64,000 nucleotides of DNA from an uncultured Acidobacteriota bacterium (GTDB lineage Bacteria > Acidobacteriota > Vicinamibacteria > Vicinamibacterales > CAVVIG01), in the NCBI GenBank assembly GCA_963840225.1, contig CAWIYH010000007.1:38608-102607 (forward strand). Direction: 5' to 3'. Positions 1 to 8,544 of this stretch are shown in pieces. The notes under the pieces are model-generated. The model was not told the origin of the DNA. It saw only the letters and a program-made list of their open reading frames with translations, and did not search any database. Both the position numbers and the translations under genes were made by a program. Positions within the stretch are counted from its first letter, which is position 1. Every line of letters begins with the position of its first letter.

Positions 1-371
1 CGCGTGAAGATCTCCTCCATCTCATCGCGGACGACGGTCAGGGGATGGCGGTGGCCGAGAGGCGGCACGCGGCCGGGAAGGGTGACATCGACCGCGCCCG
101 CCGGTCGGGTTCGCGCTTCGGCCTGCGCCTGATACGCGGCCCAGCGCGATTCGATCGCCTGCTTCAGCTCGTTCGCGAACCGGCCGATCGCCTTCTTCTC
201 GTCGGGAGCCGCGGAGGCAATCTGCTGCATCCACGAGGCGACCACGCTCTGGCGGCGGCCGAGGAAGCGGTCGCGTACCGACTGGGCGTCGCGCGGCGTT
301 TTGGCGCCGGCCAGCTCGGACTCGAACGCGGCAATCTGCGCCTGGACGGCGGCCTGATCGGGCAGCGGCAT
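1..371 (-). CDS. pheS: Phenylalanine--tRNA ligase alpha subunit, N-terminal part (runs off window start)
   Basis: Manual translation from ATG at 371: MPLPDQAAVQ...RDRFLGRR...DVTLPGRVPPLGHRHPLTVVRDEMEEIF; DVTLPG/GHRHP motif; canonical position after rplT. Not in the ORF track because it is open-ended. Confidence 0.95.
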   Translation of the reverse strand, partial: MPLPDQAAVQAQIAAFESELAGAKTPRDAQSVRDRFLGRRQSVVASWMQQIASAAPDEKKAIGRFANELKQAIESRWAAYQAQAEARTRPAGAVDVTLPGRVPPLGHRHPLTVVRDEMEEIFT

Positions 372-420
372 CGGCAGGAAGCTGGATCGAGGCCCGCCGG
401 GAAGGCGGGCCGGCGCCCGG

Positions 421-789
421 TCAGGCGCGCGCGGACTTGAGCGCCGCCTTCACCTGCCCGGCGAGCGAGGCGAACGCCTTCGGGCTCGACACCGCGAGAT
501 CGGCGAGGCTCTTGCGGTCCAGGGTCACGCCGGCGCGCTTGAGGCCGCTGATCAACTGGCCGTAGGTGAGGCCGTGCTCGCGGGCGGCGGCGTTGATCCG
601 CACGACCCACAGGCGCCGGAAGTCCCGCTTCTTCCGCCGGCGGCCGACAAAGGCATACTTGAGCGCCGTGTCGACCGACTCTTTGGCCGCCCGATACAGC
701 TTGCTCTTGTTGGCGTAGTACCCCTTGGCCAGTCCGAGAAGCTTCTTGCGCTTCGCGCGCCGGACCGACCCTCTCTTCACTCGCGGCAT
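421..789 (-). CDS. rplT: 50S ribosomal protein L20
   Basis: MPRVKRG...AKGY...[21 protein letters not shown]; thrS-infC-rpmI-rplT-pheS order. Confidence 0.99.
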   Translation of the reverse strand: MPRVKRGSVRRAKRKKLLGLAKGYYANKSKLYRAAKESVDTALKYAFVGRRRKKRDFRRLWVVRINAAAREHGLTYGQLISGLKRAGVTLDRKSLADLAVSSPKAFASLAGQVKAALKSARA

Positions 790-801
790 CGGCTGTCTCC
801 A

Positions 802-909
802 GAGATTGCAGACTGATGATTGCGGATTGCAGATTGAATTGATGATTGATTGATGGACGATCGGTCGCAGTTCTCAATCTTCAATCATCAATCTGCAATC
901 CGGAATCTC
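802..909. repeat. AT-rich heptamer (GATTGCA/GATTGAA-like) tandem repeats arranged as an inverted repeat
   Basis: CGGATTGCAGATTGA (823-837) is the exact reverse complement of TCAATCTGCAATCCG (888-902); TGATGATTGA (840-849) pairs with TCAATCATCA (881-890). Confidence 0.85.
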
Positions 910-912
910 ACC

Positions 913-1110
913 CTATTTATACGGAAGCATCCGCGCGAGCTTGGCCACGTCGACGTCGGCGACCGTCGTCGTCCCGCGGAGCGCCCGCTTGCGCTTGGTC
1001 GTCTTGCTGCTGAGGATGTGCTGCTTGAACGCCTTGCCCCTCAGGAACTTGCCCGTCTTGGTCCGCTTGAACCGCTTCGCGGCGCCACGGTGTGTCTTCA
1101 GTTTCGGCAT
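913..1110 (-). CDS. rpmI: 50S ribosomal protein L35
   Basis: [21 protein letters not shown]...HIL; operon context. Confidence 0.99.
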   Translation of the reverse strand: MPKLKTHRGAAKRFKRTKTGKFLRGKAFKQHILSSKTTKRKRALRGTTTVADVDVAKLARMLPYK

Positions 1111-1145
1111 CGTCTACTCGCTTGCGGGGACCCACCCCCCGCGAT

Positions 1146-1724
1146 CTATCGGGCGGAGGTCGTGGCCACCGGTTTCGGCCGACCGCCGCCAGCCGCCTTG
1201 CGGCTCAGGATGGTGTGCATCTGGTTGCCCTCCATCCTGGGCATCGTCTCGGCCACGGCGACTTCCGCCAGCTCCTGCACGAGGCGCTCGAGGATGCGGC
1301 GCCCGATCTCGGGGTGCGCCATCTCGCGCCCGCGGAAGAAGATCGTCGCCTTGACCTTGTCCCCCTCCTCGAGGAAGCGCTCGATGTGCTTCTTCTTGAA
1401 CTGATAGTCGTGCTCGTCGACCTTCGGGCGGAACTTGATCTCCTTGACCTCGATCACCTTCTGGTGCCGCCGGGCCTCGCGCGCGCGCTTCTGTTCCTGG
1501 TACTGGTACTTCCCGAAATCCATGATGCGGCAGACCGGCGGGGTGGCCGTCGGGGAGATCTCGACCAGGTCGAGGCCTTTCTGCCGGGCGATCACGAGGG
1601 CCTGCGGCGGCGGCATGATGCCGAGCTGCTGGCCGGTGTCGTCGATCACGCGGATCTCGCGGACGCGGATGCGCTCGTTGACTCGCACGCGATCATCGCG
1701 GCGAGGTCCTCTGTCGAAAGCGAT
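1146..1724 (-). CDS. infC: Translation initiation factor IF-3, probable non-canonical AUC start
   Basis: [53 protein letters not shown] lies just upstream of in-frame ATC (1724-1722). Confidence 0.97.
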   Translation of the reverse strand: MAFDRGPRRDDRVRVNERIRVREIRVIDDTGQQLGIMPPPQALVIARQKGLDLVEISPTATPPVCRIMDFGKYQYQEQKRAREARRHQKVIEVKEIKFRPKVDEHDYQFKKKHIERFLEEGDKVKATIFFRGREMAHPEIGRRILERLVQELAEVAVAETMPRMEGNQMHTILSRKAAGGGRPKPVATTSAR

Positions 1725-1817
1725 ATAGACCTCCTTCACCTGCTCGCGCGGGGCCCCGCCCCCACGCGTTCGCCGGACTGACGCCGTTCCTCGCGCTCGA
1801 GCGGGAGACGCTCGCGC

Positions 1818-3773
1818 TTACGCCGCTTCGGTCCTCTCCGCCGTCCCGCCCTTGGTCCGGATTTCCTCGAGCGCCGACTCGATGAAGGCATCGATCGCGC
1901 GCGCGCCCTGGTCACCGCCCGTGCGCGTGCGGACCGACAGGGTGCCGTCAGCGGCCTCCCGGTCGCCGACTACGAGCATGTAGGGGACCTTCTGCAGCTG
2001 AGCCTCTCGGATTTTATAACCGATCTTCTCCTGTCGCTCGTCGAGCTCGACCCGCAGCCCGGCCGCCTTCAGGCGCTCGAGCGCGGAGCGCCCGTAGTCC
2101 AGGTGCCGGTCCGAGATCGGCAGCACCAGGGCCTGCACTGGCGCCAGCCAGAGCGGGAACGCGCCCGAGTAGTGCTCGATCAGCAGCGCGATGAAGCGCT
2201 CGAAGCTGCCGAAGATGGCCCGGTGGATGACGACCGGCCGGTGCTCGGTGTTGTCCGCCCCGATGTATTTCAGCTCGAATTGCTGCGGGAGCTGGTAATC
2301 GAGCTGAATCGTCGCGCACTGCCATTTCCGGCCCAGCGCGTCGGTGACGGCGAAGTCGATCTTCGGACCGTAGAACGCGCCGTCGCCCTCGTTGATCGTG
2401 TACGCCTGGCCGGCCGCGTCCAGCGCGCGCTTCAGTTCCACCTCGGCGTGGTCCCACGTCGTCTTGTCGCCGAGGTACTCGGCCGGCCGCGTGGAGAGCT
2501 TCATCTCCGGCGTCAGGCCGAAGTCGCCGTACACGCGGCGCACCAGGCCGAGCAGCCGTTCGACCTCGTCGCCGATCTGATCCTCCCGCAGGAAGATGTG
2601 CGCGTCGTCCATGATGAACTCGCGGACGCGCGTCAGGCCGCTCAGCACGCCGGACGCCTCCATGCGGTGCAGGACGCTCTGCTCGTGAATCCGCATCGGC
2701 AGGTCGCGGTAGCTGCGCACCTCGCTGCCGAACAGCAGCATGTGGCCCGGGCAGTTCATCGGCTTGAGGCCCGACTGCTCTTCGTCGCCCCGCGATTCGA
2801 TGAGGAACATGTTCTCGCGGTAGTGCGACCAATGGCCGGACTTCTCCCACAGCGCCTTGTTGAACACGAGCGGGGCGCGCACCTCGACATAGCCGGCGGG
2901 GAAGAGCACGTCCCGCATGTAGTTGCCGAGCCGGTGCACGAGCGCCGTGCCCTTCGGCAGCCAGAACGGCTCGCCTGGCGCCCACGGATGGAACCAGAAC
3001 AGCCCGAGCTCGCGTCCGAGCTTGCGGTGGTCGCGCTTCTTCGCCTCTTCGATCTGCGTCAGGTAGGCCTTCAGGTCCTTGTCCGAGAAGAAGGCCGTCC
3101 CGTAGATGCGCTGCATCGGCTGGTTGCGCGCGTCGCCCTTCCAGTAGGCGTTCGAGGTGTTCAGCAGCTTGAACGCCTTCAGCCTGCCGGTGGACGGCAC
3201 GTGCGGGCCGACGCAGAAGTCGATGAACGTGTCCTTGTCCTTGATCGTGTAGCAGGAAACCTCGGGCTGGCCCGCGGTCTTCTCGTCGATGAGCTGCACC
3301 TTCAGCAGCTCGCCGCGCTTCTCGAAGAAGGCCTTGGCCTCGTCACGCGGCCACAGCTGCCGCTCGTAGGGCAGGTCCTGGGCGGCAAGCTCCCGCATCT
3401 TCTTCTCGATCGCCTCGAGATCCTCGGGCACGAACGGCCGCTCGACCACGAAGTCGTAGAAGAAGCCTTCGTCGGTCGCCGGGCCGATGCCGCACTGCAC
3501 GCGGGGGAACAGGTTGGTGACGGCCGCCGCGAGCAGGTGCGCGGTGCTGTGCCGGTACAGGGCGAGCGCCTCGGGGCTCTGGTCGGTCACGATCCGAACG
3601 GCTGCGTCACGCGGAATCTGGTGTGCCAGGTCAACGAGCTTGCCGTCCAGCACGCCGGCGAGCGCCGCCCTGGCGAGACGCGGAGAAATCCCTTCAGCCA
3701 CGTCGCGAACGGACGTGCCGGCAGGCACGGTGCGCTGCGACCCGTCTGGCAGCGTGACGCTGATTTGGCTCAT
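1818..3773 (-). CDS. thrS: Threonine--tRNA ligase
   Basis: TGS N-terminus, RHSTAHLLA, KPMNCPGH, GAFYGPKID, HRAIFGSFERF. Confidence 0.99.
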   Translation of the reverse strand: MSQISVTLPDGSQRTVPAGTSVRDVAEGISPRLARAALAGVLDGKLVDLAHQIPRDAAVRIVTDQSPEALALYRHSTAHLLAAAVTNLFPRVQCGIGPATDEGFFYDFVVERPFVPEDLEAIEKKMRELAAQDLPYERQLWPRDEAKAFFEKRGELLKVQLIDEKTAGQPEVSCYTIKDKDTFIDFCVGPHVPSTGRLKAFKLLNTSNAYWKGDARNQPMQRIYGTAFFSDKDLKAYLTQIEEAKKRDHRKLGRELGLFWFHPWAPGEPFWLPKGTALVHRLGNYMRDVLFPAGYVEVRAPLVFNKALWEKSGHWSHYRENMFLIESRGDEEQSGLKPMNCPGHMLLFGSEVRSYRDLPMRIHEQSVLHRMEASGVLSGLTRVREFIMDDAHIFLREDQIGDEVERLLGLVRRVYGDFGLTPEMKLSTRPAEYLGDKTTWDHAEVELKRALDAAGQAYTINEGDGAFYGPKIDFAVTDALGRKWQCATIQLDYQLPQQFELKYIGADNTEHRPVVIHRAIFGSFERFIALLIEHYSGAFPLWLAPVQALVLPISDRHLDYGRSALERLKAAGLRVELDERQEKIGYKIREAQLQKVPYMLVVGDREAADGTLSVRTRTGGDQGARAIDAFIESALEEIRTKGGTAERTEAA

Positions 3774-3883
3774 GGGAAACTACTCGGTGCCCGCCTTGGC
3801 AGCCGCGACGCTTCGGCGCGCATCCTTCGCGCGGCTTGCCAGCCGAGACTCACCCGTTCGGTCCGGCCCGCGGGAGCAACGGC

Positions 3884-3959
3884 TGGTAGGCACGGGTGGA
3901 CTCGAACCACCGACCTCCTGCGTGTCAAGCAGGCGCTCTAACCTCTGAGCTACGCGCCT
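3884..3959 (-). tRNA. tRNA-Val (GAC)
   Basis: AGGCGCGTAGCTCAGAGGTTAGAGCGCCTGCTTGACACGCAGGAGGTCGGTGGTTCGAGTCCACCCGTGCCTACCA: cloverleaf, anticodon GAC, TTCGA T-loop, encoded CCA. Confidence 0.97.
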
Positions 3960-3993
3960 ACGTCTTGAAAAACAAGGCGTTACGCGAACGGAC

Positions 3994-4002
3994 AGTATAT
4001 CA
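3994..4002 (-). promoter_or_regulatory. Extended -10 element (TGaTATACT) for tRNA-Val/thrS
   Basis: TG-n-TATACT about 35 nt upstream of the tRNA 5' end. Confidence 0.6.
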
Positions 4003-4126
4003 CGAGGGCTGAAGGATCGTTGCGGGCCAAGGCCGCCTGGCTGGGCAACGGGGCCAGGGCCCGGGGCGGCACGGGCTCCGCGGCTGGCCCCTCCCCGGTT
4101 CGCCCTGAGCCCGTCCCGCCGGGCGC

Positions 4127-4399
4127 CTATTTCACGGCCTGCTTGAGCGCCTTGCCGGCGGAGAAGCGCGCGACGCGGCGCTTGGGGATCTTGATGGCGG
4201 CGCCGGTCTGAGGATTGCGCGCGGTGCGCGCCTTGCGGTTCGCGGTCTTGAAGGTGCCGAAGCCGACGAACGAGACCGAGTCGCCCTTCTTGAGCGACTT
4301 GGTGATGCCTTCGATGAGCGAATCGACCGCCGCGGTCGCGGCCGTCTTCGTCATCCCCGTATCCTTGGCGATCTTCGTGACGATGTCCTGTTTGTTCAT
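4127..4399 (-). CDS. hup: HU family DNA-binding protein
   Basis: MNKQDIV...GFGTF...RKARTARNPQTG...F.AGK.LK; SD AGGAGG. Confidence 0.97.
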   Translation of the reverse strand: MNKQDIVTKIAKDTGMTKTAATAAVDSLIEGITKSLKKGDSVSFVGFGTFKTANRKARTARNPQTGAAIKIPKRRVARFSAGKALKQAVK

Positions 4400-4482
4400 G
4401 CTGCCTCCTGACGAGAATCGCCGGACAGACCGTCCGCGGCTGCGAGCGACCGGCGGTGTGTGCGCGGTGAGAATGCGGAGCC

Positions 4483-4511
4483 GTTATACGTGAGCGGTAC
4501 AGAGGTGTCAA
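4483..4511 (-). promoter_or_regulatory. Sigma70-type promoter of HU gene
   Basis: TTGACA (4511-4506), 17 nt, TATAAC (4488-4483). Confidence 0.8.
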
Positions 4512-4584
4512 GCCGAAAGGCCCATTTTTCGGCCCTTCCGGGGCGCTCATCGCGAGGCGATCGGCAGGCGGGATCGTCGCGTGC

Positions 4585-5760
4585 TCAGGCAGCGCTCTTG
4601 CCGGCGACGCGTTCGAGCGCCTTCTCGAGGATTGGATCGCTTTTCGGCGCGGGCTCGCCGAACTCGACGTCCGGCTCGTCGACGGCAACCGTCGGCTCGA
4701 GCCCCTTTTCGTGCAGGGTGCTGCCGTCGGGCTGCAGGTAGCGGCCGGTCGAGAGCCACAGCCCGCTGCCGTCCGGCAGCGCGATCAGCTTCTGGACCGC
4801 GACGCGGCCAATCGTCCGCTCGCCCACGAGATCGGCGCGGTGGTTGCCGGCGAGCGCCGAGGCGAAGAGCTCCGCCGCGCCCGCGCTCCCGGTGTCGACG
4901 AGGATCGTGACCGGCTCGGCAATCGATCCGTCGCCCGCCGCGGCGCTGATCGTTTCGCGATCGACCTTGTCCGTTCCCTTCGACTCGAACACCGCCAGCG
5001 TCCCCGTGCCGACGAAGAGGCGGGCGACACTGAGCCCGCTCGCCAGCGATCCGCTCGACGCCTGGCGGACGTCCACGAGCAGCGTCGAGGCGCCTTCCTT
5101 GCTCAGGCGCGCGACCTCCTGCTTCACCTGCTCGGCGGTCTTCGGACCGAATTCGGCAATCCGCACGTCCCCGACGCCCGGCGCGACGATGCGGCCGGTG
5201 ACCTGGGGCGCCGGCGTCGCTTCGCGCGTGAGCTCGACGACGTGGGGGTCCGCCGCGCTGCCGCGGATGATCGTCAGCTTGACCGTGGTGCCCGGCGCCC
5301 CGCGCAGCGCGCGCGCCCCCTCCCACACCGACATGTCCCGTGTCGGCTCCTCGTCGATCATCCGCACGTAGTCGCCGGTCCGCAGTCCGGCCTTGGCGGC
5401 GGGGGAGCCTTCACGCGTGGCGATCACGCGCAGGTAGTACTGGCGCGTCAGCTCCAAGCCCACGTCGCCCGGCGCCACGGCGCCGGACCCCTGGACTTCC
5501 TTCACCTCGGCGGGGGTGAGATAGGCGCTGTCGGCGTCGAGCGCGTCGGCCAGGCCGTGCATCGCGCCGTGCATGACCTTGTCGACGTCGACCGGCTGCA
5601 CGTAGTTGTTCGTGATGAGGCCGGTGACCTCGTCGAACATCCGCAGGTCCTGGTACGTGCCCTCACGGGCCATGACCCTGCCGAGGAAGCCGCCGACAAT
5701 CGCGAACGCCACGATCGGCGCCGAGATCGACATGACGAGAACGCGCGTGCGTGCAGACAT
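4585..5760 (-). CDS. S41A/CtpA-like carboxyl-terminal protease homolog with PDZ domain, apparently catalytically inactive
   Basis: N-terminal membrane anchor, NYVQPVD..LD..S.YL region, PDZ (GSPAAKAGLRTGD), S41 core; the active-site region reads SAGAAE...TIGRVAVQ instead of SASASE...TFGKGxVQ. Confidence 0.85.
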   Translation of the reverse strand: MSARTRVLVMSISAPIVAFAIVGGFLGRVMAREGTYQDLRMFDEVTGLITNNYVQPVDVDKVMHGAMHGLADALDADSAYLTPAEVKEVQGSGAVAPGDVGLELTRQYYLRVIATREGSPAAKAGLRTGDYVRMIDEEPTRDMSVWEGARALRGAPGTTVKLTIIRGSAADPHVVELTREATPAPQVTGRIVAPGVGDVRIAEFGPKTAEQVKQEVARLSKEGASTLLVDVRQASSGSLASGLSVARLFVGTGTLAVFESKGTDKVDRETISAAAGDGSIAEPVTILVDTGSAGAAELFASALAGNHRADLVGERTIGRVAVQKLIALPDGSGLWLSTGRYLQPDGSTLHEKGLEPTVAVDEPDVEFGEPAPKSDPILEKALERVAGKSAA

Positions 5761-5765
5761 GAATC

Positions 5766-6950
5766 TCACCGTGTCCCCAGCCATTGTAAGGGATCGACGG
5801 GCCGACCGTCGACGCGCAACTCGAAATACAGCCCGGCCGGTCCGGCCGGGGACGGCCCGACCGTGCCGACCGGCTCGCCGCGGGTCACCCGGCCGCCCCG
5901 CGCCACCTGCATGTCGAGCAGGTTCCCGTAGAGGCTGAACGCGTTGGCCCCGTGATCCACGATCACGAGATTGCCGAAGCCGGCGAACGGGCCGGCGTAG
6001 GCCACCACGCCGTCGTGCACGGCGCGCGCGGGAGAGCCTTCCGCCGCCGCAATCTCAATTCCATTGGACGTTGTCGCGCTGCCGGCGGCCGTCGAGCCGA
6101 ACCGGCGGCGGACCGGGCCGTCGGCCGGCCAGGGCAGATCGCCGCGGAACGGCCGCAGCGGCAGCGACAGCGTCGAGCCGGACGCCGAGGGAGTCCCCAG
6201 ATCGGCCACCGCCGCCTGCAGCTTCCGCTGGGCCTCCTGCAACTCCGCGGTGAGCTGGGCGTTGAGATCCCGGCGCGCGTCGATGTCGCGAATCATCGCG
6301 TCGCGCGCCTCGGTGGCCCGAGCCGCCGCCGCCTGGGTCTGACGGGCCTGATCCCGCAGCCGCTCGGCCTCTCGCCGTCGCGCCGTCAGCGTCGTCCGGG
6401 CCGCCCGCAAGTCCCGCAGCGTGTTCTGGTGCTCGAGCATCCGCCGGCGATCCTGATCGGCCAGCATCGCCACGGCGCGCGTCGCCTGGCCGATCTGCTG
6501 CAGGTCGGTCGCCGAGAGGAGCAGTCGCACGTACCGGCCCTGGCCGAGCTTGTACACTTCGACGAGTCGGGCCTTCAGGGCGGGACGCTCGTCGGCCTCC
6601 TTCCGCTCGAGCGCGTGGATCCGTTGTTCGAGCTGGCTCTGCTCGAGGCTGACGGCCTCGGCCTGCGCCACGGTCTGCCGCAGGGCCTCGGTCTTCATTT
6701 CACGGTCGAGCTCGAGACGACGAAGGTCGCCGAGCACGGTCCGTTCCCGGGCCGCCAGATCGTCGGCCTCGCGCCGCAGCGCCTCGAGCCGCTGGCCAGC
6801 GCGACGGGCTAGTGCTTCAGCGCGCGCCCGATCGGTCTGCAGGGCGGCGGCGCGCACCGGCAGGCCGAGCACGAGCGCTAGGACTATCAGGACGCCGGTC
6901 GCCCCCGGCGCTGAGGGGCCCGACCGCGGGCTGGGACAACAGTGAAGCAT
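5766..6950 (-). CDS. envC: EnvC-like murein hydrolase activator (coiled coil plus degenerate M23/LytM)
   Basis: Signal peptide, long coiled coil, LPWPADG..NGIEI..GFGNLVIVDHG..SLYGNL..LYFELR; lacks the HxxxD/HxH zinc ligands, as in EnvC; start uncertain. Confidence 0.8.
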   Translation of the reverse strand: MLHCCPSPRSGPSAPGATGVLIVLALVLGLPVRAAALQTDRARAEALARRAGQRLEALRREADDLAARERTVLGDLRRLELDREMKTEALRQTVAQAEAVSLEQSQLEQRIHALERKEADERPALKARLVEVYKLGQGRYVRLLLSATDLQQIGQATRAVAMLADQDRRRMLEHQNTLRDLRAARTTLTARRREAERLRDQARQTQAAAARATEARDAMIRDIDARRDLNAQLTAELQEAQRKLQAAVADLGTPSASGSTLSLPLRPFRGDLPWPADGPVRRRFGSTAAGSATTSNGIEIAAAEGSPARAVHDGVVAYAGPFAGFGNLVIVDHGANAFSLYGNLLDMQVARGGRVTRGEPVGTVGPSPAGPAGLYFELRVDGRPVDPLQWLGTR

Positions 6951-7056
6951 CAAGAGATGGCTCGGAACGGGCCGTTCCGCTTCGGCCCTCGACTCACGAC
7001 CGGACGGGCTGTGGCGGAAAGGGCCGGATCATAACACCCGCAGTACACTATCGGCC

Positions 7057-7494
7057 GTGACCGCCCGCGGCCGTATTCTCGGCATCGACTGGGGCTTGCG
7101 CCGCGTCGGCCTGGCGATCAGCGACGTGTCGGGCACGCTCGCGCGGCCGCTGTCCACGCTTGCGGTCCGCAGCCCGGCGGACGCCGTCGCGAAGGTCGCT
7201 GCCGAAACCGATCGGCTGTCCGGCAGCGAGGACGGGCTCACCGCCATCGTCGTGGGACTGCCACGCCGCCTCGATGGTTCGCCGACCGACGACACGCCGC
7301 AGGTCGAGGCCTTCGTGCGCGCTTTGCGCAGCAGGACAGACGTTCCGATCCTCCTGCAGGACGAACGACTGTCGAGCCGGGAGGCCGAGGGCCGCCTGGC
7401 CATCGGCGAGCGGGACTGGCGGAAGCGAAAAGCCCGGCTCGACGCGGCCGCGGCGGCCGTGATCCTGCAGGACTACCTGGATCAGCACGCATGA
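7057..7494 (+). CDS. ruvX: YqgF/RuvX family pre-16S rRNA nuclease / putative resolvase
   Basis: ILGIDWGLRRVGLAISD, IVVGLP, DERLSS, D..AAAVILQDYLD. Confidence 0.95.
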   Translation: MTARGRILGIDWGLRRVGLAISDVSGTLARPLSTLAVRSPADAVAKVAAETDRLSGSEDGLTAIVVGLPRRLDGSPTDDTPQVEAFVRALRSRTDVPILLQDERLSSREAEGRLAIGERDWRKRKARLDAAAAAVILQDYLDQHA

Positions 7495-8525
7495 GACGAC
7501 TCGTCCTGATCGCGCTCGCGCTGGCCGTCGTGCTCGCGGCCGCAGTGCCGGCGGGAGTCCTCTACCTTCGCCTCCACCGGCCGTACCAGGGCTATTCCGC
7601 GACCGGGCAGTTCGTCGACATCCCGCCCGGCTCTGGAACACGCGACATCGGGGCCCGGCTCGTCGACGCCGGAGTGGTACGGGACAAATGGACCTGGCGA
7701 GCCGCCCTCTACCTCACCAGACAGGGACGGCACCTGAAGGCCGGCGAGTATCGCTTCTCGGGAGCGATGACTCCGTACGACGTCATCGGGAAGCTGTCGC
7801 GCGGCGAGGTCTACGTCGTGAGCGTGACGTTCCCCGAAGGACTCACGATCGCCGAGATGGCGAAGATCTTCGAAGGGCATGGATTCGGGACGGCGCAGGC
7901 GTTCGTCGCGGCCGCGCAGGATCGCTCCCTGGTCAGCTCGCTCGATCCGCAGGCGCAGGATCTGGAGGGATACCTGTTTCCCGAGACGTATGTCGTGGCG
8001 CGTCACGTCGAGGCGAAGACGCTGGTGCGCCTCATGGTGGAGCGTTTTCGGCACGTGTTCACGCCCGACCTGGCGGGCCCGGCCGCGGCCCGCGGCCTGT
8101 CGCCTCATCAGGTCGTCACACTCGCGTCGATCGTGGAAAAGGAAACGGCGCGTCCCGACGAGCGCCCGCTCGTCGCCGCCGTCTATGAGAACCGCCTGCG
8201 CATCGGCATGGGCCTGCAGTGCGACCCGACGGTCATCTACGCGCTCCAGCGGGAGGGACGATACACCGGCAACCTCCGGCGTGACGATCTGCAGATGGAC
8301 TCGCCGTACAACACTTACCGCCACCCCGGCCTGCCGCCGGGGCCCATTGCGGCGCCCGGCCGCGCCTCCCTCGACGCCGTCGTTCACCCGGCTGACGCCG
8401 AGTACCTGTATTTCGTCAGCCGCAACGACGGCTCGCACGTGTTCGCGAAAACGCTGGCCGAGCACAACCGCAACGTCGCGAAGTACCAGGTGAGGTACTT
8501 TCGAAACAAGGAGCAAAAGGGCTAA
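7491..8525 (+). CDS. mltG: Endolytic transglycosylase MltG
   Basis: LKAGEY, VTFPEG, LEGYLFPETY, LASIVEKET, LQCDPT, SPYNTY, GLPPGPI. Confidence 0.95.
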   Translation: MRRLVLIALALAVVLAAAVPAGVLYLRLHRPYQGYSATGQFVDIPPGSGTRDIGARLVDAGVVRDKWTWRAALYLTRQGRHLKAGEYRFSGAMTPYDVIGKLSRGEVYVVSVTFPEGLTIAEMAKIFEGHGFGTAQAFVAAAQDRSLVSSLDPQAQDLEGYLFPETYVVARHVEAKTLVRLMVERFRHVFTPDLAGPAAARGLSPHQVVTLASIVEKETARPDERPLVAAVYENRLRIGMGLQCDPTVIYALQREGRYTGNLRRDDLQMDSPYNTYRHPGLPPGPIAAPGRASLDAVVHPADAEYLYFVSRNDGSHVFAKTLAEHNRNVAKYQVRYFRNKEQKG

Positions 8526-8544
8526 GGGTTTACCATAGCGAGCC

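Noticed and set aside
802..909. Repeat arrays (also 23877-23938 and 50303-50341) as CRISPR
   Set aside because: Units are 7-9 nt with no unique spacers, and no cas genes are present.
1740..1817. L20 leader RNA upstream of infC
   Set aside because: Only GC-rich hairpins and a REP-like palindrome are visible; a covariance-model search would be needed.
3960..3985. Imperfect palindrome CGTCTTG-AAAAA-CAAGGCG next to tRNA-Val as a possible integration site
   Set aside because: It lies on the tRNA 5' side; there is no integrase, no duplicated tRNA 3' end and no foreign genes. It is more simply a precursor-leader hairpin.
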